Part shown: piece by piece, positions 39,313-52,771 of the stretch
How positions within the stretch are numbered: position 1 is the first letter of the stretch
Layout of the letters: each line of letters begins with the position of its first letter
Position numbers and translations under genes: made by a program
From: Octopus vulgaris
Taxonomy: Eukaryota
Reading direction: 5' to 3'
Assembly (NCBI GenBank): GCA_951406725.2
Contig: OX597822.1
Location: 5,952,001 to 6,016,000, forward strand
Length of the DNA: 64,000 nucleotides
The notes under the pieces: model-generated
What the model was told of the DNA's origin: nothing
Database searches by the model: none
What the model saw: the letters and a program-made list of their open reading frames with translations, nothing else

Positions 39313-39678
39313 ACCCAGAAATCGAAAACAGAGAGTTGCTTATTTGCAAAAAAAAAAAAAAAGAAATATAAAATGTGACATCATTGACCGAGGTTACCGT
39401 GGTCTTTTCCGTAGGCTTTTCTTTGCACGGGTAAACCTCACCTGTCCTCCCCTTTACACTTCATATTGACATTTCTGTGATAACGATCCCTATTGATCAA
39501 TTTTTTTCCTCCCCCCCTTTTTTTGTCCTCTTTCTCTCCTTTTACGATCCCTTTTGATCGAAACTCCCCCTTCCTTTTTTTTTTTTTTTTTTTTTTTTTT
39601 TCTTAAACCTTCAAAAGAAAAGCTCTACCTTGTAATTTGTTCTATCTGTGTGCAGCCCTGTGTGGCTAATAAAGAAAC
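38302..39678 (+). mobile_element. 5'-truncated Tx1/L1-clade LINE inserted in (CTAT)n
   Basis: Open ORF2 C-terminus, T-rich 3' UTR, AATAAA at 39668, CTAT repeats at both junctions. Confidence 0.88.
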
Positions 39679-39742
39679 ATATCTATCTATCTATCTTTAT
39701 ATATAGAATCACAGACATTCTAACACAAGTTTTAGAGCTATA

Positions 39743-39955
39743 AAGGCGGTGAGCTGGCAGAAACGTTAGCACGCCGGGCGAAATGCTTAGCAGTATTTTG
39801 TCTGTCTTTACGTCCTGTGTTCAAATACCGCCGAGGTCGACTTTGCCTTTCATCCTTTCAGGGTCGATAAATTAAGTACCAGTTGAATACTGGGGTCGAT
39901 CTAATCGACTGGTCCACTTCCCCCCAAATTTCAGACCTTGTACCTAGAGCAGGAC
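39743..39955 (+). mobile_element. SINE family B head/body with tail 2
   Basis: Family B body followed by AAATTTCAGACCTTGTACCTAGAG. Confidence 0.85.
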
Positions 39956-40480
39956 ATAATTTTTAGAACTATAAGCATTCTTCCAGTTTAATGATCACCC
40001 GTGCATATCACTTTTGTTATGAGTATAGTGTCATATGTTTCGAATTTTGTTTCTTGACCAGCTTTGAGAAGGAGATTCGCGTAAAATCTGAATTGCACCA
40101 GAGAGTAATCTCTGCAATATAATAAATAATTGCACTGCTGTTTTGTATTTAATACTTTTCCTTCCTGTCTGTAAATTCAAACACGTATGCACAGAAAAAA
40201 AATCTCAGACAGACACTTTATATTTTACAAAACATATTTCGTGATATTTTTATGTAACAGAAAGAGTGTGACGAATAACCTAAAGTGGAGCTGAAATAAT
40301 GTAATCGAATATACATGCAACGATGTATTACAAAATACACAATGTACAACAAACATTAATACTAAAATAATATCAATTTATATCATCTATATATGAGTGC
40401 ATATATATATATGTGTGAATATATAGATATGCGTATATATGTATGTATGTATAGAATATCTATACGCACATGTATACATA

Positions 40481-40522
<42 letters not shown>

Positions 40523-40685
40523 TATTTATACACACCCATTCATATATATGTATACATGTATATATGTATGAATGTATGAGTGTACGTATACATATGGGCA
40601 TTCAAACATACGTATATGAGAATACGTATATGAAATGCATTTGTATCTTCACAAAACTGGACATTAACACAAATACACACACACA

Positions 40686-40834
<149 letters not shown>

Positions 40835-40839
40835 ACACA

Positions 40840-40896
<57 letters not shown>

Positions 40897-41524
40897 ACAC
40901 ACACATTCAGGCATGAAAATATATTTAATCTTACAATATAATATATTTGGTTTTAAATCCAATCTTCACTAAACTTAAGAACTTCTTTCGATTTCACAGT
41001 TTTTTCTTCTTTTTTTGTTTTTTTAGTCTACACACTCTGTAGGAGACGTCTTATTAACAGCTATATAAATTCCTAATGGAAATTCTCTGTAAGTAGAGAT
41101 TTGACTCTTGGAGATACTTTATAGAGAAGTATAGTGAATACATTTCACATATAAAAATGTAAATTTAGTCTTGGTGTCTTAAGAATTTCTTTTTAAACCT
41201 TTTGATACTAACATGCTTCCGACTGTCGCTAGTTCTACAATACGAAAATGTCAATATTAAGTGCATATTTTTTTTAATTTCAAACTTTCTATCATCATTT
41301 TATGTAATAAACTTTTGGTAAGTAAAGTTTCTAACAGAAATATAAGTTCTTTTATATTCAATCCTTCCAAATTCTTTATTATTTTCAAAATTTAATGGAA
41401 CACCCCAGTAGAGTATTTCATTTAGACATATAGTCACTAGAAGTTAGCCAAAGGAAGCGCTTTGGGTCAAGGAATTAAAGTTATCTTAAATGATTGCAAT
41501 GAGTCGTTGTTAGAATATTAGACT

Positions 41525-42086
41525 CAGGGTGGACCAAAATGATCTGACACATTTGGAGGCTTAATAAAAGCACAAAATAAGAAATAATGAAAAGAAAAAT
41601 TTTTATTTTCTGAATGTACATATAATGCCATTTTATTTCATTAAGTTTTTAAAATTAAATCAGCTAAATGCTTCCCATCATTGTCAACACACTGTTGGAG
41701 ACGTTCATGAAAGTTTTCGATAAATCTTTTGATCATTTCTTCTGGAATGGTGAAATGTGATTTCTTCTTGTGGGGATATTTAGAATCAAAAGTATTCAGT
41801 CATCGCCCTCGATCTGTTGATGAATTAAAATGTGCAATTTCTGTAGAAATAGCAACCATTCCAGAAGAAACGATTCATAGAGTTATCGATAACTTTCATG
41901 AACGTCTCCAACAGTGTGTTGTGTTGACAATGATGGGAAGCATTTAGCTGATTTAATTTTGAAAACTTAATGAAATAGAATGGCATTATATGTACATTCA
42001 GAAAATGTATATATTTCTTTTCATTATTTCTTATTTTGTGACCTTATTAAGCCTCCAAATGTGTCAGATCATTTTGGTCCACCCTG
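41525..42086. mobile_element. Fold-back Tc1/mariner derivative built from two transposase 3' ends
   Basis: ~227-bp inverted arms 41525-41751 / 41855-42086; CDFFLWGYLESKVF...FHERLQQCV. Confidence 0.88.
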
Positions 42087-43015
42087 TATTTTTGAACGCT
42101 ATGTTTCAATTTGTGTGATCTGTGATCGTCATCAGTTGTCTTATCCCCCACCCCGGCACATACTTTCCAAACTGAATAGATAATAATAACCTTTATTTAT
42201 AAAATAAAGTCAACATTGATATAGCTGTTTAAAAAAATCCTTTGAGTAAGGCAGGTGAGAAGTTATGTAAAATATGTAAAGTAATTTCAGTAAATGAGAT
42301 AAAACTAAAAAAGTATTGTATTTATTTACATAGGTTTCCAATGCGCCTATAATATTTCGGGAAAGATTCCCTTAATCAAGTATAAGACGGAAAATAATCC
42401 ATGAGTTCGGAGAAAAGCGTCACTAGTGTGGGAATCCTTATAATAGGGTCATTAAACAACCTATATAAGGTAATACAAGATTTTTCTTTTCGTTTTATTT
42501 TATTGGCATCATCTTTTATATTTTTTTAAATTCATTATTTGTTTTGCTCCAAAGGATTTTTGTAAACGTTTTATAAACATTGCGATAATTCGAACAAATT
42601 AGAATACGATATTAGGGGAAATATGGTTTTCATCTAATTGACCGCTTAGGTCAAGTGAGTAGGTGATCAATAGGCCGTTGGCTTTTACCAATACTAAAGA
42701 GAGACGGAAATTAAAATAATTGAAAGATGAAAACGTAAATTCAGCAGATTTGTTGCTAATTAATTTTAATCCTTTGTACTAAAAAGAAACTCCTCTTTTG
42801 TGAACATGCGCATCGCTAGTTTAAAAGTTTCCTATGAAGCGATCAGGGGTTCAGGATATTTACGATAGCGAAGCGTGATCTGGAAATGCATTCTTCTTCA
42901 AAGGAACTGGTTTACCGATTTTCCCTTCGATATTTACATCTTTCACCTATATATAACAGTGAAAGTTAAACACTCACACATACACGCACAAACACTCACA
43001 CATACGCATAGACAC

Positions 43016-43049
<34 letters not shown>

Positions 43050-43054
<5 letters not shown>

Positions 43055-44980
43055 CAAAGGTTGGACGGGAAAAACATAACAAGCGAAAATCCAACAAAGA
43101 ACTACATACGGAAAGATAAACGATAACCTAAACAGGAAACTGGACAAAAACAAGATATACGGACCATTCGCAGCCGATTTCCTCGTCAGTCAGTGCCCAG
43201 AAAATCATGGCAGTTTCGCACTTTTTTTTTACTTTTGAGACCGCTCGAATCTAGCAAGCGCCAGAGCATTAAGCTAAAAGCATGAAGCTTCTGAGAAAAG
43301 CAAACGAATACATACCAGAACGAAAACAAAAAGGAGAAAGCAAGAATTATGCACACACAACAAACGAACGCCTTTCGACTATACAACAAAACGAAAATAA
43401 TTGTACATTTACAAATAAATAAATAACAGAAATGTGACGTGATAAAATAAAAATGCAAATGCAACAGAAAAAGAATTATACATAAATAATAGGCAGCCGC
43501 CTTTCGGCTATACAGCAAAATGAAAATAATAGTACAATTACAACATAAATGAATAACAGAAAGGATCTTTCGACTATCAGACGAACATAGTAGGCTGGTG
43601 CAAAGGAGAAACGGGAAGTCCTAACAGACCAAGTGGGAGTAGCTTAATGCTCTGGTGTTTCCTGGATTCGAGCGGTCTCAGGGGTAAAAAAGCGCGAAGC
43701 TGTTATGACTTTCCGAACACCGGCTGCGAATGGTCCGTGTATCTTGTTTTTGTCCAGTTTGCCGTTTGTTATCCTATCGTGTATTTTCCCGTATGTTGTA
43801 TTTTGTTGGATTTCCGCTTGTTGTGTTCTTTCTGTCCTAATCGTGATTCATCTATTCGGTGCGCCGTACAACCTGTTGTTTACTTTGTTAAAAAAATATT
43901 CCTTGAATATTATGTACGAGTCTTAACTTACCTATCCTTCCTCGTTTTTTTCTCTTGTTCCTTCCTTTTTCTCTTTCCTCCTGTGTGTGTGTGTGTCTCT
44001 CTCTCTCCCTCCCTCTCGTTCCTCGCCCTCTGATTTTCTTTTTTTCTTTTTTATTCCGTAGTCCCTCTTTTCCCCCTTCTTCTGCTTTCCTTCCTTGCTT
44101 GTCTCACTTGTACCTTTTTCTCTCTGTGTGCCTTTCTCTCCTCCCCTCCCTCTCATTCTTTAGTCTCTCTGATTTCTATTCCCTCTGTCCCATTCCTTAG
44201 TCCATCTTTCCCCCTCCCTCTTATTCTTTAATCCCTTTGCCCTCTACAATTCTTTCCCTCTCCTATCACATGATCACTGTCTGGTCAAGACATTATCGTC
44301 CTTTTCTGACCAGCCGTCATCCAGGCCTGTCACGTTCATCTGTCCTTCCGCTCGGTCTTTTAAGACCTTCCATTTCTCCTTTGCGCCAACCTACTTTCTT
44401 CGTCTGATAGTTGAAAGACCCTTTATCTTATTTATGTATGTTGTAATTGTTCAATTATTTTCATTTTGATGTATAGCCGAATGACGTTTGTCTATTCTTT
44501 ATGTATAATTCTTCTTCTGTTGTACTTGTATTATTATTTCATCACGTTAGCGTTCATCTAATAGTCGAAAGACCCTTTCTGTTATTTATTAATTTGTAAA
44601 TGTACAATTATTTTCGTCTTGTTGCATAGCCGAAAGGCGTTCATATGATGTATGTGTATAATTCTTGTTTTCTCGTTCTTGTTTTCGTTATTGTATGCAT
44701 TCGTTTGCTTTTCCCAGAAGCTTAATGCTCTGACTCTTGCCTGATTCGAGCGGTCTCAAGAGTCAAAAAGCGCGAAACTGCTATGACTTTCCGGACACTG
44801 ATTGACGAGGAAATCGGCTGCGAATGGTCCGTGTTTTTTGTTTTGGTCCAGTTTCCCTTTTGTTATGCTATCGTCTATTTTTCCGTTTGTAGTTTTTTGT
44901 TGGATTTCCGCTTGCTGTGTTCTTTCTGTCTAACCTTTGATTTATCTATGCGGTGCACCGTACAACCTGTTGTTTACTTT
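43050..44980. mobile_element. Non-coding element with ~600-bp inverted arms and an internal third partial copy (Penelope pLTR-like layout)
   Basis: 43050-43640 inverted against 44345-44943; 43640-43890 is a direct repeat of 44720-44980. Confidence 0.65.
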
Positions 44981-45019
44981 AGAGACACACACGCACACAC
45001 AGACACAGACACAGACACA

Positions 45020-45082
<63 letters not shown>

Positions 45083-45349
45083 ACACACACTTACTGTGAT
45101 CTCACAGTTAGTGAGCTGTCAGAAGCAGTGATTCTAGTAGATTTTCGAGTCTGCTCGAGACGATAACCAATATGGGAGTGTTATGAGAATCCTTGTGAGA
45201 TGTGACATGACCTTTTCTATCACACTTGTATAGACTGCTCAGAAATGCTGAGATAGTAAGTCTACAGTAAAGATGTAGGTAAACGACATTATAAAATAGC
45301 TCTAAAGGGAGCTAGTGGGTAGCGAACTTTGATAAGTTGAATACAATAT

Positions 45350-45746
45350 AGGCGCAGGAGTGGTTGTGTGGTAAGTAGCTTGCTAACCAACCACATGGTT
45401 CCGGGTTCAGTCCCACTGCGTGGCATCTTGGGCAAGTGTCTTCTGCTATAGGCCCGTGAGTGGATTTGGTAGACGGAAACTGAAAGAAGCCTGTCGTATA
45501 TATGTATACATATATATATGTATGTGTGTGTGTTTGTGTGTGTGTGTTTGTCCCCCTAGCATTGCTTGACAACCGATGCTGGTGTGTTTACGCCCCCGTC
45601 ACTTAGCGGTTCGGCAAAAGAGACCGATAGAATAAGTACTGGGCTTACAAAGAATAAGTCCCGGGGTCGATTTGCTCGACTAAAGGCAGTGCTCCAGTAT
45701 GGCCTCAGTCAAATGACTGAAACAAGTAAAAGAGTAAAAAGAGAGT
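45350..45746 (+). mobile_element. SINE family A
   Basis: Match to family A with a small deletion. Confidence 0.9.
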
Positions 45747-46727
45747 AATGCTGGGTGGCGGCATTGATTAGTTCATGATGCTTGGTAGATGGTTTTCTTG
45801 AAAGCAGAAGGGCCACGTGCTCTAGTTAGTTCGGAACATCAAATATCCTCCTAAGATGTGTTTGAAATTTGGTGGATGAAACCAATGCGTTTGCTTAGGA
45901 TCCAACGATAATCTTTGAATTAAGGTTCAATCCGTTTTCATATATATACACCATTGGTCAATCTAAGGCCTTGACAGTAGTCATGTGATCAATGGGTTCT
46001 GCCATGTGATTGGACCCCGAATTACGTGGTTCCGAAGCGAACTCCTCAAGCTCACAGTCATGTTTGTACGTTTATTTACTCAACAATGTCGCTCTTCTCA
46101 AATGAAAATTATTTCCGAACATGGCAGTAGCAAGTTTTGAATACAGAGAGACAACTTGGTTTTAAATGCACTCTTCTACCTCGATTATGGAGATTTATTG
46201 CCCAATGAATATTCATAAAGAATGATGTAATAGTTTTACGAGTGGTGAACAACGAAGGTCATGTCATACCACGTCACGTTTTCCCACTGGCTCTTAGAAT
46301 TAATGCTGTTAGATTGGATACGATGAAATGTTGGAGACTGTCGTTAAGCTTTGGATCGATGAGGAATGCACTGGAAGTCTATGCGTGTTTCAGCCTGACC
46401 CAGCACCTTCTCATAAAACCCACGTAGCTCATAAATGGATGTCAGACTATCCTTACAATTGTGGCCTCCAAACTCACGAAATTTGAATCCCATGGACAAC
46501 TACTTTTGATGGCTGATATGTCGGGTAAAACGAATTTACGTGAGTTTGTTGCGTTTTCTTCATATTTTGAGTTAAAAATCTGGCGAGCTTGACATCAGGG
46601 TTTTTTTTCATTCTTTCTGTGGTTATTGGATGTGAATATAAAATAGATTAACAAAGAATTTATTGAACTTGTATAAAAGACAGTATTTCAGTTATTCTAA
46701 AACGTGTGGCATTATGTAAATATTCGA

Positions 46728-47212
46728 AAAGGTGGTGAGCTGGCAGAATCGTTAGCATGCCGGGCCAAATGATTACCGGCATCTTGTCTCTTAGCGGTAT
46801 TTAAGCTCTGAGTTCAAATTTCACAGAGTTCGACTTTGCTTTTCATCCTTTCGGGGTCGATAAAATGAGAAGTAGTTGAGCACTGGGGTCGATGTAATCG
46901 ATTTACCTCCTCCTCCGGAATATCTTGTCGTGTGCCAAAATTTGAAATCATTATTTATATAAGAGAAACCATTTTATGAATGGATCTTAGGCGGCGTGCT
47001 GGCAGAATGGTTAGCACGCCAGGCGAAATTCTTAGCTCCATTTCGTCCCTCTTCACGTTCTGAGTTCAAATACCGCCGAGGTCCACCTTGCCTTTCATCC
47101 TTTGGGGGTCGACAAAATAAGTACCAGTTGAACCGTGGGGTCGATGTAATCGTCTTACCCCTTTCCCAGAAATTGCTGGCCTTGTGCCAAAATTTGAAAC
47201 CAGTATTATTAT
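46728..47212 (+). mobile_element. Two adjacent family B SINEs with tail 3
   Basis: 46728-46955 and 46989-47212, both ending TGTGCCAAAATTTGAAA; another copy at 62495-62712. Confidence 0.8.
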
Positions 47213-47633
47213 GATGCGATGTGTAATTCTTAGGCAAACAATTATTTCTAACTTGAAACTGGAAACAATAGTGAAGAGAATTGTTTCCGAAAATGCCAAA
47301 GGGCTCGCAGACAACATCACCTGAGCAAATGCAATTCCGAAAGTTACCGTTTTGAGGTAAGGAGAGCACATCTGATAAATTCTACGGAAGGTAAAAAAAT
47401 TCGACTTTCCAGCTATTTTGCAACTGGTCGTGTTTTGTTTTCACTGCCTTCAGCATTGCGAAGTTATGCTAAAACTCAAACAGACATTGCTTCACTTCGT
47501 AAACATACATATTCCCATATGTGCGTGTGAGCGCACATATATTCACACTTATGAGGAAAATCTTAATTACGAAGTTAAGAGAGTGAGAGCATGACACATC
47601 ACTGCTTGTCTGTTTTTTAACAATTGGAAATTA

Positions 47634-48055
47634 TACGCAGGAGTGGCAGGCGCAGGAGTGGCTGTGCGGTAAGTAGCTTGCTAACCAACCACATGGTTCT
47701 GGGTTCAGTCCCACTGCGTGGCACCTTGGGCAGGTGTCTTCTGCTATAGCCCCGGACCGACCAATGCCTTGTGAGTGGATTTGGTAGACGGAAACTGAAA
47801 GAAGCCTATCGTATAAATGTATATATATATATGTGTGTGTGTATGTGTGTGTTTGTGTGTCTGTGTTTGTCCCCCTAGCATTGCTTGACAACCGATGCTG
47901 GTGTGTTTACATCCCCGTCACTTAGCGGTTCGACAAAAGAGACCGATAGAATAAGTACTGGGCTTACAAAGAATAAGTCCCGGGGTCTATTTGCTCGACT
48001 AAAGGCGGTGCTCCAGCATGGCCGCAGTCAAATGACTAAAACAAGTAAAAGAGTA
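47634..48055 (+). mobile_element. SINE family A
   Basis: Match to family A; 5' start duplicated. Confidence 0.9.
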
Positions 48056-48262
48056 ATGAGTATCTCACTTGATATATCTTTGGGAGAAAGGAGTATGTGA
48101 AGAAGAGAGCGAGAGGAAAGATTGATGGATAGATAAATAGAGAGAGAGAAAGAGAGAGAGAGAGATAATGAGTGTTGTGGGAAAGATGATGAGAAAAAGC
48201 GAAAGGGGAAGGGAGAAAGAAAGAGAGAGAGAGAGAGAAAGAGAGAGGAAGAGAGAGAGAAG

Positions 48263-49556
48263 GGGGAACTATCGCCCAGTCAGTCTCACTAGCTGTATTG
48301 CAAAACTGATGGAATCGTGTGTCAGAGAAACACTCTGGAACTTCTGGAGCTCTCACAGTCTCATCCGACCCTCACAATATGGATTTGTCCCTAACTCCAG
48401 CTGCAGTGATCAGCTTGTCGAGTTCCTTGAGGACATTACTCAGATCACTGACAGTGGCTCAATGGTGGATGTTGTCTACTTTGACTTTGCTAAGGCTTTC
48501 AACTCTGTGCCACACAAAAGGCTTATGGTGAAACTCTCTGCAATGGGTGTGAGGGATGACCTTTTTAACTGGTTGAAATCCTTCATCCTCAGCCGAAAGG
48601 AGGTAATCACAGTTCTAGGGCAGCACTCTACACCATATGAGATGTCATCGGGTGTACCACAGGGATCTGTCCTTGGTCCCCTCTTGTTTGTGGCATACAT
48701 TAATGACATAGATGCCAATTTAAAGAATGCCACAGTATTGAAATATGCAGACGACATCAAGCTGTACCTTGTAATCAAGAGGACAGATCCTGATGTCTAC
48801 AACTCTTTCCTGCAATCAGACCTAGACACAATGCAGCAATGGATCACAGACTGGCAACTGAAACTGGCTGTGTTCAAGTGTACCACCATGCATTTTGGGA
48901 GAAAAAACCCTGCGTCCACATACTACCTCCACAACACTGATATCAAGAAATCCTCTTGCGAGCGTGACCTAGGCATCACTGTCAGCAGTGATTTGCGTTG
49001 GACAAAGCATATCTCTAAAATTGTCAAGAAGGCCGAGGGTGTCTTGGCATTACTCAGCAAGACTTTTGTTAGCCGCTCTCCAGCCATCTATTTGAAACTG
49101 TATACAGCTATGGTACGACCACACTTGGAATTCGCATCATCAGTTTGGAACCCCTATCTTGCTCAGAACATTGACCTCCTGGAACCTGTCCAGAGACGTG
49201 CAACCAAACGCATACCCTCCATCAGACACCTACCATATTCTGAGCGCCTTGTTTCCCTGGGCATGGATTCACTGAAGCTCCGGCGTCTGGTGACGGACTT
49301 GGTATACACCCACAAAGTTATCAACCACCTCACCAACAACAACACTGAACACCTTTTTGATCTCCATGTGTCTAACACACGTGGACATGCCTACAAAGTC
49401 AGAAAACAACACAGCTCCCATGACTTTCGGAAACATTTTTTCACGCTCAGAGTTGCTGAAGCATGGAATAAACTGCCTGCGTCAGTTGTTGACTGCCATG
49501 ACACTGCATCCTTTAAGGCCCTCATGCTTTCCGAAATCCGCCGAAACTACACCTGA
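48263..49556 (+). CDS. LINE ORF2 reverse transcriptase and C-terminal part (5'-truncated, open frame)
   Basis: NYRPVSLTS, QYGF, YFDFAKAFNSV, SGVPQGSVLGP, YADD, ERDLG, TRGH. Confidence 0.9.
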
Positions 49557-49605
49557 TTATATATACACTTTAGATGAGTTGTAGTGCACCTGAGCACTGT
49601 ACACA

Positions 49606-49653
<48 letters not shown>
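48263..49653 (+). mobile_element. 5'-truncated CR1-group LINE (second family) with (ATT)n tail
   Basis: RT motifs followed by a short 3' UTR and (ATT)n. Confidence 0.9.
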
Positions 49654-49655
<2 letters not shown>

Positions 49656-49900
49656 AACAGAGGGACAATGAATAAGAGAGAAAGTGAAACAATAAATGTG
49701 TGAGAAAGCGAGGGGACTATAAATAGGGCAGTAAGACAGAGGCAATAAATGTATGTGTATGTGCATATGTGTGTATGTGTGTATGTGTGTGTTAGAGAGA
49801 GATAGACTGAACAGAGATAAAAGGGAGAGGCAATAAATGTTTATGTGTGTGAGAGAAACAAAGACTAAACAAAAGAAAAAGTGTGACTCTCTTTTTATAG

Positions 49901-50289
49901 TTTTTTTGGAAGCACTCCGTCGGTTACGACGACGAGGGTTCCGGTTGATCCGAATCAACGGAACAGCCGGCTCGTGAAATTAAAGTGTAAGTGGCTGAGC
50001 ACTCCACAGACACGTGTACCCTTAACGTAGTTCTCGGGGATATTCAGCGTGACACAGAGAGTGACAAGGCCGGCCCCTTTGAAATACAAGTACAACAGAA
50101 ACAGGAAGAAAGAGTGAGAGAAAGTTGTGGTTAAAGAGTACAGCAGGGATCACCACCATCCCTGCCGGAGCCTCGTGGAGCTTTAGGTGTTTTCGCTCAA
50201 TAAACACTCACAACGCCCGGTCTGGGAATCGAAACCGTGATCCTACGACCGCGAGTCCGCTGCCCTAACCACTGAGCCATTGCGCCTCC
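49901..50289 (-). mobile_element. tRNA(Arg-like)-derived SINE, family C
   Basis: Minus-strand head GGAGGCGCAATGGCTCAGTGGTTAGGGCAGCGGACTCGCGGTC; flanked by CTCTTTTTATAG repeats. Confidence 0.88.
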
Positions 50290-50801
50290 ACTCTTTTTAT
50301 AGTATTTTATAATTCGCTGACTTCTCAGACTCAACAATTACGTCCTCTGTTTTATGGCTTATTGTTTTTAAGAAAGAATATTTTTAATGCAGTTTTCCTT
50401 GGGAAGGTGATTGGAAATGATATCAGGGAATATTTAGCTCTTATTTTTAGGATGCTGTATGATGTTGTTGAAGTTCCTGTACACGTGAGGGGTTAGTTCT
50501 GCTGCACCGAACTATGATAAAGTAAAATGCATCTCTGTCGGTTTCGACGATGAGGATTTTAGTTGTTCCTTCATTGAATTATCGCGTACGTGGTTGAGTA
50601 TTCCTCACACAGGTGAATTTTTAACGTAGTCGAGTTGAAGAATCAGCGTGATGCAGTACCTTTGAATTACAGGTGCAAACCATCATATGGTATTCCGTAC
50701 AGTTTTCGTTTATTAAATTCCGCTCAAGATACTTCAAGTGTGCTGTGGTTAAAAATGACAAGAACAACAACAACAACACCAAAAACAGCACTTACTCGAG
50801 A

Positions 50802-50942
50802 TGCGCAGGAGTGGCTGTGTGATAAGAAGCTTGCTTTCCAGCCACATAGTTCTAGGTTCAGTCCCGCAGCGTAGCACCTTGGGCAAGTGCCTTCTACTAG
50901 AGCTTCGGGCCGACCAAAGATGGAAACGGAAAGAAGCCCGTC

Positions 50943-50993
<51 letters not shown>

Positions 50994-51205
50994 TGTGTGT
51001 CTGTGTTTGTTCCCCCATTACCACTTGACAACCGGTGTTTGTGTGTATGTGTGTGTGTATACGTCCCCGTAACTTAACGGTTTGGCAAAATAGACCGATA
51101 GAATAAGTCCCAGACTTAAAAAAATAAGTACTGGGGCCGATTTATTTGACTGAAAATTCAAGGCGGTGCCCTAGCATGGCCGCAGTCTAATGACTGAAGC
51201 AAAAG
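50802..51205 (+). mobile_element. Older SINE family A copy
   Basis: Diverged match to family A. Confidence 0.8.
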
Positions 51206-51326
51206 AATGCGACGCGGTGGGATCAAATCTTCGTAACTGGGAAGCGAACTTCTTAACCATTTGGCCATACAAAGGCTACAAACAAGCTTCTTACCACACA
51301 GCCACTCCTGCACCTATATACATACA

Positions 51327-51362
<36 letters not shown>

Positions 51363-51419
51363 TATATAATATATATATGTGTGTGTGTGTGTATGTGTGT
51401 GTGTGTATGTATGTATATA

Positions 51420-51456
<37 letters not shown>

Positions 51457-51494
51457 TATGTGTGTGTGTATATATACAATTAGATACACACGCG

Positions 51495-51754
51495 ATAATT
51501 ATTCATATGAGATTCCATACATACCTGGGTGTATGCAATGATAGTTCAGCCAACCCACCATCTCAACCACATACTGACAAACACCGGGGACTCTGAGCGT
51601 GTGTGTGTTTGCATCAAATTGTATATATACACACACACGCTCAGAGTCCCCGGTGTTTGTCAATATGTGGTTGATTGGTGGGTTGGCTGAACTGTCATTG
51701 CATACACCCAGGTATGGGTATCTTTTCATGTAAGAACCTCATATGGATAATTAT
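51495..51754. repeat. Long imperfect palindrome (core arms ~90 bp)
   Basis: 51520-51608 inverted against 51629-51716. Confidence 0.9.
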
Positions 51755-51981
51755 TGGAATGTCTTACAAATCTCCACCCTGTGCCACAAATAGATTGCTT
51801 TTTTCCCCGTGAAACCGAGTAATTCTAGTTCTTTGTGTAAATTTGTGGGTGCATAACATAATGTACCTGTATGTATGTACGTCAATTGAGGAAGAGCTGG
51901 TTTCTAACCTAGATAAAGGTTCCTTCATTGGAATTTCAACATCAACAACAGGGTATTTTTGTACGTAAGTATGCGTGTGTG

Positions 51982-52061
<80 letters not shown>

Positions 52062-52080
52062 GTGGGGGGTGTGTGTGTGT

Positions 52081-52170
52081 AAAATCAAAATAAGCAACAA
52101 GATATCCAGAGGTAATGCAGCACGATCGTACTGCATTACCTCTGGATATCTTGTTGCTTATTTTGATTTT
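52081..52170. repeat. 90-bp near-perfect palindrome
   Basis: 40-bp perfect arms around CACGATCGTA. Confidence 0.95.
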
Positions 52171-52296
52171 AATCACCTTACTTTGAAATCGTATGGATAA
52201 TACCGTACTAAATTCTGGTGCCTCAACTTAAGTACCATATTTATCTGAATCAAAATTTTTGCTGAACTCATGTACCATACCTAAAGTATAAATATA

Positions 52297-52347
<51 letters not shown>

Positions 52348-52403
52348 GGAGATGTATTTGCATACCAAGTGATTTGATCTGAGGTCGTGTGCTGCTGGAA
52401 CGA

Positions 52404-52747
<344 letters not shown>

Positions 52748-52771
52748 TCTATGTATGTGTGTATATATATA

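Noticed and set aside
48168-48262. N-terminal extension of the 462-aa RT ORF
   Set aside because: Flanking (GA)n sequence that happens to be in frame with the truncated LINE.
50215-50289. tRNA gene candidates at SINE heads (also 54872 and 59405)
   Set aside because: Acceptor and T stems do not pair fully and the heads continue into repeat bodies.
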